From NCBI GenBank assembly GCA_030916555.1, contig JAUPWK010000018.1, positions 1-28,425 of the forward strand: 28,425 nucleotides of DNA. Reading direction: 5' to 3'. Position 1 is the first letter of the stretch, and each line of letters opens with the position of its first letter. The notes under the pieces were generated by a model. It was not told the DNA's origin. It searched no databases and saw nothing but the letters and a program-made list of their open reading frames with translations. This DNA comes from Patescibacteria group bacterium (GTDB lineage: Bacteria > Patescibacteriota > Patescibacteriia > UBA9934). Positions 19,450 through 25,776 of the stretch are shown in pieces. The translations under genes were made by a program, and so were the position numbers.

Positions 19450-19770
19450 CCATCCCGAGCGACGGCGAAGGATCCGAGACCGGCCACCGCTATGTTTTCT
19501 CGACCTCCAGCCAAATGCCCCTGCCGGGGAGGCGTACTTTCTTTGGCTGCCCAAAGAAAGTACCAAAGAAAACCACCCGCCTCTCGGTCTGTCGAGGGCG
19601 AAGTTTGACGTCGCTTCGGGCAAAACAAATCCCAGCTGATTCTCTATTCCCTGAACAAACAGGTGAAGTGGTATCAGCTGGGGTTGTTTTGCTATTCCTA
19701 CGCTTCCGCCAAACTTCCTGACGAGGCACACCTCGACAGACTCTTCGGCGGGATAGCGATTCCACCGCTT
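19450..19770. repeat. Multi-hairpin REP/MITE-like non-coding element
   Basis: 13-bp perfect hairpin 19534-19563 with a repeated third arm; 10-bp stem 19588-19597/19731-19740; ~20-bp stem 19620-19640/19673-19692; and a CATCCCGAGCGACGGCGAAGGATCC unit at 19451-19475 resembling CGTC-type REP palindromes. Confidence 0.6.
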
Positions 19771-19784
19771 ACCGCCGTGAAGAA

Positions 19785-20789
19785 CTAAACGATATACGCA
19801 CCGTTTTCGTAAATGACTTTGTCATCGACCACTACACGTTCCGTTTGGGCAAAGACATCCACATGATATTGACCTTCACGGCGCTTGAGTCCTGGCTTAG
19901 CATAAATGGAATGTTTTGCACCAAGAGACAGGTGAATGCCACACATACGCTCATACGTTCCGATATCCATAACCCGGCGATCGCGACTGAAAGCGCGATT
20001 CATACCAAGACCAAGCTCACGCACCCAAACTTCTTCATCTGCTTTAATTTGCTCAATAACGGCATCAAAATCAGGCGTTGAATTTTTCACGGCAACCACT
20101 CGTGATTTTTCAATCACAAGCGTAATTGGCTTGTCTGGAGTGTTCACCCGGAAATCAGTATCACCAAAAGCAAAGATGTTCACCTCACCGTTCACGCCAT
20201 CCAAATTCTTGGCCTCAGTAAACACTTCACCAATCGGAAACTGACCACCGACATTTTTCATGCCCGTGTAATCACCAACATTCAATTTGGCATCTTCAAA
20301 AGCGGAGTCATACCGCAAACTTGCTCCCCCGCTTTCCACCACCGCCGAACTCGCCGTGTCAAGCAATCCTTTGAGCGTTTTTCCAACAACACGATAATAC
20401 GCTGGATCATACGCGAGTGAATTCACATACACCTCAATATCGTCTCCCTGCATGCGGAACAAATGAGGGTGTTCGATAACTTTTAAACCTTGTTTAAAAA
20501 GCTCAACGCGAATTCTAAACTCATTCAGACGAAAACTGAGTGACTGAACAAGCACCACGAGATCGCCGGCCTGCAAATCAGCAAAGGCCTTAAGAATGTC
20601 GGCGGTTGAAGTTTTTTCAAAGTCGATAAAGGTAGCTTCAGGCAAAGCCTGACGATATCCCCCTGTCACCAACGTTGATAATTGGCTGTACTCATCAAAA
20701 ACAATCACCGCCCGCTTGTTCGGCGTATGTTCGACAGCTTGTGAGAGAATATTTTTTAAATTTTGCGTAAGCGTTTCTAGGAGTGTCAT
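19785..20789 (-). CDS. M29/aminopeptidase T-like metallopeptidase
   Basis: GQFPIGEVFTEA, RELGLGMN and ERMCGIHLSLG motifs typical of the thermophilic metalloprotease (M29)-like fold. Confidence 0.75.
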   Translation of the reverse strand: MTLLETLTQNLKNILSQAVEHTPNKRAVIVFDEYSQLSTLVTGGYRQALPEATFIDFEKTSTADILKAFADLQAGDLVVLVQSLSFRLNEFRIRVELFKQGLKVIEHPHLFRMQGDDIEVYVNSLAYDPAYYRVVGKTLKGLLDTASSAVVESGGASLRYDSAFEDAKLNVGDYTGMKNVGGQFPIGEVFTEAKNLDGVNGEVNIFAFGDTDFRVNTPDKPITLVIEKSRVVAVKNSTPDFDAVIEQIKADEEVWVRELGLGMNRAFSRDRRVMDIGTYERMCGIHLSLGAKHSIYAKPGLKRREGQYHVDVFAQTERVVVDDKVIYENGAYIV

Positions 20790-20835
20790 ATTTTGGCTAA
20801 GACTCTACACGTTTCCCCTATATGTGTACAGTCCA

Positions 20836-20863
20836 TTGACCAGGGCCAAGGAAGGGCTATAGT
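20836..20863 (+). promoter_or_regulatory. sigma70 promoter of a micro-gene
   Basis: TTGACC-16 nt-TATAGT, followed by a GCCCC-TGCA-GGGGC hairpin at the predicted 5' end. Confidence 0.55.
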
Positions 20864-20912
20864 GGATATGCCCCTGCAGGGCTACGTAGTTACACGATTA
20901 TTTATTCATTAC

Positions 20913-21020
20913 ATGTTTCTCACTATGTCACAGGATAATAAACCAAAACCAATGACTCCTCCAAACAAGCCTTTCGCAGGCGATGAGAAGAAGAGCTTCG
21001 GCGACGAGAAAAAGCAGTAA
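20913..21020 (+). CDS. Micro-protein (31-35 aa) with a duplicated GDEKK motif
   Basis: (MFLT)MSQDNKPKPMTPPNKPFAGDEKKSFGDEKKQ*. The two GDEKK copies differ only at synonymous positions; own promoter and terminator. Confidence 0.55.
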   Translation: MFLTMSQDNKPKPMTPPNKPFAGDEKKSFGDEKKQ

Positions 21021-21036
21021 ATCAAGATCTCATCAA

Positions 21037-21060
21037 AAAAGAGCCCACGTGGGCTCTTTT
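21037..21060. terminator. Bidirectional intrinsic terminator
   Basis: AAAAGAGCCC-ACGT-GGGCTCTTTT between convergent genes. Confidence 0.85.
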
Positions 21061-21070
21061 CTGTTTGGCT

Positions 21071-21511
21071 TTAGAATTTAATCGGCACTTCAATCGATTT
21101 ATCGTTGGCTGGTAAACCGGATGGGTTATCTTTTGCGAGCACAAGCTTGCCAGTGGCAGTAGTTGGAGTGGTATAGGTAATGACTGCCTTAAAATTCACA
21201 AAGTCCTCGGTCATCCAATCACTCTGAGCTTCAGCCACACCGGAACCAAGCAAGACATTGTTTGCATCGTAAACGCTAACTGGGAATGAAGCTTCAAAGT
21301 ACCACGTTCCACGTGCCTTACCCGTCACCGTAACTGGGCTCGAGATCTTCGAATTCTTTGCAGGTGTCGTTACCTGAATGAGACCACTCAAGTCATCAAC
21401 TTGAACTTGGTCATCGTTATTGTCATCTGGAACCGGTGTCGGCGAAGCTGGAAGGCAGCCAGCACCAATGGCAATAAGGAGTGCGAAAGCTGCAAATACT
21501 TTATACGTCAT
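21071..21511 (-). CDS. Gmad2 immunoglobulin-like domain lipoprotein
   Basis: Lipobox-like IGAGC, then SPVTVTGKARGTWYFEASFPV...AQSDWMTEDFVNF...KDNPSGLP. Confidence 0.85.
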   Translation of the reverse strand: MTYKVFAAFALLIAIGAGCLPASPTPVPDDNNDDQVQVDDLSGLIQVTTPAKNSKISSPVTVTGKARGTWYFEASFPVSVYDANNVLLGSGVAEAQSDWMTEDFVNFKAVITYTTPTTATGKLVLAKDNPSGLPANDKSIEVPIKF

Positions 21512-21520
21512 ACATGAAGT

Positions 21521-21916
21521 TTACGTGTTAATCTTAGGTTTAAAATCGAGCGCCAGTGAATTAATGCAGTATCTGAGGCCCGTTGGTGCTGGCCCGTCTT
21601 CAAACACATGACCCAGGTGAGCATTGCAATAAGCACATTTTACCTCAGTCCTCCGCATACCTAACGATGCATCGACGTGAGAGGTAACATTCCCCTTGGT
21701 AACGACATCATAAAAACTGGGCCACCCGGTACCAGAATCAAACTTAGTATCTGAAGAAAATAATGATTTTCCACAATTCACGCAGATGTACTCCCCTGCC
21801 TCGTGATGATCATAATACTTCCCGCTAAACGGTGGCTCAGTCCCCTTCATGAAACAAATGTTGTGTTGCTCTGGGGTGAGGTGAGGATTAGCGTTTGGTT
21901 CCATACTGAAGCTCAT
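21521..21916 (-). CDS. msrB: Peptide-methionine (R)-S-oxide reductase
   Basis: GTEPPFSG, two Cxx[22 protein letters not shown] and RYCINS. The true start may be ATG 21904. Confidence 0.97.
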   Translation of the reverse strand: MSFSMEPNANPHLTPEQHNICFMKGTEPPFSGKYYDHHEAGEYICVNCGKSLFSSDTKFDSGTGWPSFYDVVTKGNVTSHVDASLGMRRTEVKCAYCNAHLGHVFEDGPAPTGLRYCINSLALDFKPKINT

Positions 21917-22427
21917 GTTTTAAGGCACGATACTCTGGCTGAGTCTGGGCGACAAGCGCCCAAAACCGTTTAGAATGATTCATCTCTTTCAGATGACAAA
22001 GCTCATGCACGATAATGTAATCAGCCAAGTGCGACGGAAGGAGCGAAATTTTATAGGTAAAACTCAGCCTCCCCGTACTCGAGCAGCTGCCCCAACGTGT
22101 TCGCTGATTTCTGATTACCACATCTTTCCAAACAAACCCGTAAAACTGATTAAAATACTTCAGTCGATCTTGAGCGAGTCGCAAGGCTGAAGATTTAAAC
22201 GTTTTGAGTTCAGCGGCGGTGCCACGCCATGAATATGGACGCGGCTTTGCCTTTAAGCTGCGCTGAGCATTGGCTATCCAATCAGCCTTACTTGCGACGA
22301 GTTTATCAATCACTGCCCTTGAAGCCCGCTTTGGAGCCGTAACCACGCACGCGCCATCAGGCTCAATCCGAATCCGCACGTGTTTAGCACGAGCAAAGGT
22401 TCGAAGCGTGTAGGTAATGGTCGACAT
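21888..22427 (-). CDS. M48/YgjP (DUF45)-family metal-dependent hydrolase
   Basis: [20 protein letters not shown] (HExxH) and [10 protein letters not shown]. Confidence 0.9.
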   Translation of the reverse strand: MSTITYTLRTFARAKHVRIRIEPDGACVVTAPKRASRAVIDKLVASKADWIANAQRSLKAKPRPYSWRGTAAELKTFKSSALRLAQDRLKYFNQFYGFVWKDVVIRNQRTRWGSCSSTGRLSFTYKISLLPSHLADYIIVHELCHLKEMNHSKRFWALVAQTQPEYRALKHELQYGTKR

Positions 22428-22486
22428 GGTAACGACATATTACCCTAAATCTACAGGTAAATGTCTCCGCGTGACGCAGCGTGTAA

Positions 22487-22515
22487 TTGACTTTTGCTTA
22501 AAATTCTGCTAATCT
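22487..22515 (+). promoter_or_regulatory. sigma70 promoter
   Basis: TTGACT-17 nt-TAATCT, followed by AAGGAGG and ATG 22541. Confidence 0.65.
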
Positions 22516-22540
22516 CAGGCAACTCAAGGAGGTGCCTGTG

Positions 22541-22678
22541 ATGCCATATTTGCCCGTGTCCGCTTTCCCGAATGTCCCCCTGTACGCCTGGGTATGCCTC
22601 GCCTTGTGCCTAGGCCTCGTGGCGGCGTACTTCATGTTCCTGTCCGCGCAGGAGCAGCGCCTTCCGTCCAACCGATGA
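22541..22678 (+). CDS. Small single-TM protein (45 aa), absent from the ORF track
   Basis: MPYLPVSAFPNVPLYAWVCLALCLGLVAAYFMFLSAQEQRLPSNR*; AAGGAGG 8 nt upstream; own promoter and terminator. Confidence 0.7.
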   Translation: MPYLPVSAFPNVPLYAWVCLALCLGLVAAYFMFLSAQEQRLPSNR

Positions 22679-22686
22679 TCAGCTCT

Positions 22687-22728
22687 TCACCGCCCGGCCA
22701 CTCTTGGCTCGGCGGTGATCATTTTTTT
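22687..22728 (+). terminator. Intrinsic terminator
   Basis: TCACCGCC / GGCGGTGA stem with an inner GGCCA/TGGCT stem, followed by seven T. Confidence 0.8.
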
Positions 22729-22736
22729 AAGCAAAG

Positions 22737-22764
22737 ACCGCATCCCAAGCAATAGAGATGCGGT
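22737..22764 (-). terminator. Probable terminator of the 23279/23104 transcript
   Basis: ACCGCATC / GATGCGGT 8-bp stem; weak U-tract (CTTTGCTT). Confidence 0.5.
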
Positions 22765-22801
22765 TCGTTATCGTGACTGAGGGTCACGACATGACATTCG
22801 A

Positions 22802-23104
22802 TTACTCCTCAAGAAGTGCTTGCGTAGCTTTGATGAGCCCTGTCACATGCTGGAGTCCGGCCCGAAGCATGAGTCCAAGCGCTAGCGACGTCGCCGCGTG
22901 GGGCAACATCGACAAGCCCCCAAAGCACAACATCACGGTGCCACCGATCAGCAGTGCATACATGATGGGCAGTAGCAGCACGCAGCCTGTCATGACGAGC
23001 AGGGACAGAACGCGCAAACGGAGCACGTCCTTTTTATGCACGTTCACGTGCAAATCGGACTGATCATCAAGCGAACCACTCGTCGGCTCAGCGTCGTGAA
23101 GCAT
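22802..23104 (-). CDS. Small membrane protein (100 aa, 2 TMs)
   Basis: Two hydrophobic segments; a G-run 4 nt upstream of the ATG; 19 nt downstream of the 51-aa gene. Confidence 0.55.
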   Translation of the reverse strand: MLHDAEPTSGSLDDQSDLHVNVHKKDVLRLRVLSLLVMTGCVLLLPIMYALLIGGTVMLCFGGLSMLPHAATSLALGLMLRAGLQHVTGLIKATQALLEE

Positions 23105-23123
23105 ACAGCCCCCCCCAAACGCC

Positions 23124-23279
23124 CTAACGGTGCTCGGAATTGCGTCGAGATGTCAGCGTCAACGCGAGCCCCAACAGACCGACGATGACGAAGAATCCGT
23201 AGAAGGAAGGCGGTCTCGTACCGAGGACCGGATCCGGATGAGACGCGAACGCCGCCGCAGTCAACAGGGACAAAAACAT
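23124..23279 (-). CDS. Micro-protein (51 aa): signal peptide, short linker, C-terminal TM anchor
   Basis: MFLSLLTAAAFA-SHPDPVLGTRPPSF-YGFFVIVGLLGLALTLT-SRRNSEHR*; GGAGG 4 nt upstream of ATG 23279. The ORF-track start at 23324 lies inside the promoter. Confidence 0.65.
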   Translation of the reverse strand: MFLSLLTAAAFASHPDPVLGTRPPSFYGFFVIVGLLGLALTLTSRRNSEHR

Positions 23280-23295
23280 GAAACCTCCAACACCG

Positions 23296-23354
23296 AGAAT
23301 ACGGCACACACATATATACGTCAAGTTGACAAACGGCTAATTTTAGCCTAATAT
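23296..23354. promoter_or_regulatory. Back-to-back bidirectional sigma70 promoter
   Basis: Minus: TTGACG(23324-23319)-17-TATTCT(23301-23296). Plus: TTGACA(23326-23331)-17-TAATAT(23349-23354). The two -35 boxes are 1 nt apart in the palindrome GTCAAGTTGAC. Confidence 0.7.
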
Positions 23355-23380
23355 TCTCACGCAACCACACAGGAGGCACC

Positions 23381-23587
23381 ATGTGCAGAAGGGCTTTCGG
23401 GCCAGACGAAGAAGACGAAGTCGTAGAAGATCCGGACACCCAGGAGGCCATCCTCCCTGTTTCCCGCCATTTTCCGACTCCAAAAACGCGGGTCGGGACA
23501 GCGATAGCGTCAAAAAACGGCCAGCAGGCCGTGACTCGACGCCTCACGGAGCGCAACGGAGCGCCACCGACCAAACGTCGGCGCTAA
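23381..23587 (+). CDS. Small, probably disordered protein (68 aa; acidic N-terminus, basic C-terminus)
   Basis: AGGAGG 4 nt upstream of the ATG; promoter upstream and terminator downstream. Confidence 0.6.
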   Translation: MCRRAFGPDEEDEVVEDPDTQEAILPVSRHFPTPKTRVGTAIASKNGQQAVTRRLTERNGAPPTKRRR

Positions 23588-23609
23588 GCGCCGTGAGCTA
23601 CAACGCAAA

Positions 23610-23640
23610 GCGCCACCCAATAACTCGGGTGGCGCGTTTT
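23610..23640. terminator. Intrinsic terminator between convergent genes
   Basis: GCGCCACCC / GGGTGGCGC 9-bp stem followed by GTTTTT on the plus strand. Confidence 0.75.
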
Positions 23641-23658
23641 TCTTAATTATTCAGTTTG

Positions 23659-24258
23659 TTAGGCTTCGGCGTGTAACTTGAGCACGGCTGGACGAGCATT
23701 CAGCCCCTGCATCCAGCGCACGATGTTGGCGTACGTTGAAACATCAACTCCAGACGTTTCCGCTCCCGCCACCGTGCTGCTGACATTAATATCCGCGACA
23801 GTGAAAGTGCCAGCGACTAAATATTCCTTACCTTCAAGCGCAGCATCAAGGATTGGTAAGAATCGATCAATCGCAGCCCGAGCAGCAGCGGTGTCATCAT
23901 TATCTGGAGTTTTACGGTAACCTTGCAAAATCAGTGTCATGAAAGGGTCAGCAAGGTTTGCAAGTGCCCAGGCGTTCCACTGTGCCACCAAACCGTGCTC
24001 TTGCAAAGTGCTCCCAAGCAAAGCTGGCTGATGTTTTTCTGCCAAGTATGCGTTAATGGCAAATGACTCAAACAAAACAAAATCGTCATCCATCATGACC
24101 GGAATTTTGCCGTTTGGATTCAATTTAAGAAAAGGCTCAGATTTGTTCTCGCCAGCGGCAAAATCGACGCTCACAGTCTCATAAGCGAGGCCGAGTTCAG
24201 CAATCAACCAATGACAACGATATGCACTGGAACGCTTGGTACCGTAAAGCTTTAACAT
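23659..24258 (-). CDS. Glutathione S-transferase family protein
   Basis: FLKLNPNGKIP, LFESFAINAYLA and YLVAGTFTVADI. Confidence 0.93.
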   Translation of the reverse strand: MLKLYGTKRSSAYRCHWLIAELGLAYETVSVDFAAGENKSEPFLKLNPNGKIPVMMDDDFVLFESFAINAYLAEKHQPALLGSTLQEHGLVAQWNAWALANLADPFMTLILQGYRKTPDNDDTAAARAAIDRFLPILDAALEGKEYLVAGTFTVADINVSSTVAGAETSGVDVSTYANIVRWMQGLNARPAVLKLHAEA

Positions 24259-24351
24259 AGTCGTATATAAACTAATAATGCGTCATGAGTATGGTCTAAT
24301 ACATCCGTCTTGTCTATGGAAGTATATCGAAATACATGCCACGCAATTACG

Positions 24352-24380
24352 TTGACTTTTTTGCTAAAATCAACTATCTT
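24352..24380 (+). promoter_or_regulatory. sigma70 promoter
   Basis: TTGACT-17 nt-TATCTT, then GGAGG and ATG 24401. Confidence 0.65.
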
Positions 24381-24400
24381 ACGCCAGCTCCGGAGGTGAC

Positions 24401-24826
24401 ATGGGACTTTTCCCTGAGTGTTCTGACAAACGCCTGGAACGACTCGTTGAAGCTGTCTTCATACCGCTATTCATCGCGGCATTGATCGACCCGGAACACT
24501 CGACCGCCGTAGAAGGCGGAGTGCACACACCTTATCACCGCCAGGTGACGGCAAGTCTCCCGGGTCAAGACCCGGTAACGCTGAGCTGGGGGTACACATC
24601 CCCTCCCAACCAGCCTGCGCTCGGCACGATCTTCATTCGCTTTCGTCAGGGCACGCTGCAGTGCAGCTTCGTGTACTATCTGGCGATCAAGCTGATGGAT
24701 GATGGGCTTTGGCAGTATGAAGTTGCGCGCGCTGATGGTCGCGAATGTACGCCCATCAACTACACTCGCGCGAGTACCATGATCGGTGACTTGGCACGAG
24801 ACTTCGGCAAGCTTCACCGAAGCTGA
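24401..24826 (+). CDS. Hypothetical protein (141 aa)
   Basis: Own promoter, SD and terminator; no family recognised. Confidence 0.7.
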   Translation: MGLFPECSDKRLERLVEAVFIPLFIAALIDPEHSTAVEGGVHTPYHRQVTASLPGQDPVTLSWGYTSPPNQPALGTIFIRFRQGTLQCSFVYYLAIKLMDDGLWQYEVARADGRECTPINYTRASTMIGDLARDFGKLHRS

Positions 24827-24836
24827 CGCCCCCCTT

Positions 24837-24864
24837 CGCAGCCCTAACTATGGGCTGCGTTTTT
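24837..24864 (+). terminator. Intrinsic terminator
   Basis: CGCAGCCC / GGGCTGCG 8-bp stem followed by TTTTT. Confidence 0.8.
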
Positions 24865-24868
24865 GCAT

Positions 24869-24911
24869 AAAAAAATGTCCGAGCATCGGGTTTTCAGGCC
24901 CTAGCTCGGAC
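24869..24911 (-). terminator. Intrinsic terminator of the candidate ncRNA
   Basis: GTCCGAGC / GCTCGGAC stem with an inner stem, followed by A and seven T on the minus strand. Confidence 0.7.
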
Positions 24912-25212
24912 GTGCGTTCGACGGCTATCTTGGTGCTGTTATACACCTTGAAGTTATTTTCGCCGGCTACTAGCTAACGAGACGAAGTGTATCCTCGAGT
25001 AACGCACAGTTCAGAAAACCGTGCTGAACTGGGGCGAACCCGACATGATGCCGGTTCAACCAAGCGCTACTGCCGGTACGGATTTATCGACGTTACGCGC
25101 CGGACTACCATCTGCCAATGGTGTTACGCAACGACGTCGCGGATCAGTCTCAAGAACCTACCGCGATCTACCTCACCCTGTGGCCCCCCGACCACTCCCC
25201 ACAACTGAGACC
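24869..25212 (-). ncRNA. Candidate stand-alone structured ncRNA (~344 nt), family unassigned
   Basis: Bounded by a TTGACA-17-TATACT promoter and a terminator; only very short ORFs on this strand; multiple helices with G-U pairs. Confidence 0.5.
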
Positions 25213-25219
25213 GAGGAAA

Positions 25220-25248
25220 AGTATAAAGCATTTATTTGGCTGTGTCAA
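25220..25248 (-). promoter_or_regulatory. Near-consensus sigma70 promoter
   Basis: TTGACA(25248-25243)-17 nt-TATACT(25225-25220), just downstream of a terminator. Confidence 0.75.
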
Positions 25249-25270
25249 GCGAATATACGAGTTGATCAAT

Positions 25271-25297
25271 AAAAAACCCATCGGCGCTGCCGATGGG
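25271..25297 (-). terminator. Intrinsic terminator
   Basis: CCCATCGGC / GCCGATGGG 9-bp stem followed by six T on the minus strand. Confidence 0.8.
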
Positions 25298-25314
25298 AAG
25301 GTCTCATCCCGAGC

Positions 25315-25713
25315 TCAGAGACCCATGCAGATGTACACCAAACGGTTGTCCGGATTGTTCGGATCCACCGCCAGGTGCTGACGAAGCAGGAGTGTGCTCG
25401 GCCAAAACTGCAGGTCGTTGTCCTGAGTACGCTCGACACAAGCCCATGCGTCAGGATCTTCTTGCCGCTGCACGTAGCAGTCGTGTTGCAATGACCGCGA
25501 AGCCGATACCTTCAACCGGTCCCGCATCTCTACCTGAAACAGGCTGGGATCATCCGGTGGCCGGTGATCGAAGATCTCGAGTCGAGCGGGCGCTCCGCTC
25601 CGGTTCTCGATGAAGTACATCGGGGGCGAATCGGGACTCAGCGCCGACGCGCACGAACCGGCCTCCGGAACCGTCGAGCAGCTACAGCCGACCAAAAACA
25701 CCAAATAACGCAT
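25315..25713 (-). CDS. Hypothetical exported or lipoprotein-like protein (132 aa)
   Basis: MRYLVFLVGC (lipobox-like), 6 Cys, GAGG upstream, own promoter and terminator. Confidence 0.6.
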   Translation of the reverse strand: MRYLVFLVGCSCSTVPEAGSCASALSPDSPPMYFIENRSGAPARLEIFDHRPPDDPSLFQVEMRDRLKVSASRSLQHDCYVQRQEDPDAWACVERTQDNDLQFWPSTLLLRQHLAVDPNNPDNRLVYICMGL

Positions 25714-25748
25714 GGCTACCTCTTCGTCTCAGGAAGCGAGACCGTGGA

Positions 25749-25776
25749 AGAATATCAAATATTAGCAAAAAATCAA
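25749..25776 (-). promoter_or_regulatory. Probable sigma70 promoter
   Basis: TTGATT-16 nt-TATTCT overlapping the murF stop codon. Confidence 0.45.

Noticed and set aside
19291-19765. Several 68-105 aa ORFs in the antiporter-peptidase intergenic region (e.g. GGFLWYFLWAAKEST)
   Set aside because: They appear to be read-throughs of the palindromic element, occur on both strands and in several frames, and lack start signals.
24869-25212. tmRNA, RNase P RNA or a DGR template region
   Set aside because: No tRNA-like acceptor/T-arm ends, no GAGGAAAGUCC P4 signature, no tag frame ending in LAA-stop, and no matching variable region or reverse transcriptase in the window.
24987-25381. Plus-strand ORFs of 73, 83 and 87 aa
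   Set aside because: No convincing plus-strand promoter or SD; they overlap one another in different frames and run antisense to a well-punctuated minus-strand unit.
22487-25776. Additional CIRCE sites at GCTAA/TTAGC-containing promoters
   Set aside because: Only half-sites or wrong spacing (N2, N10) are present; none matches 9-N9-9.
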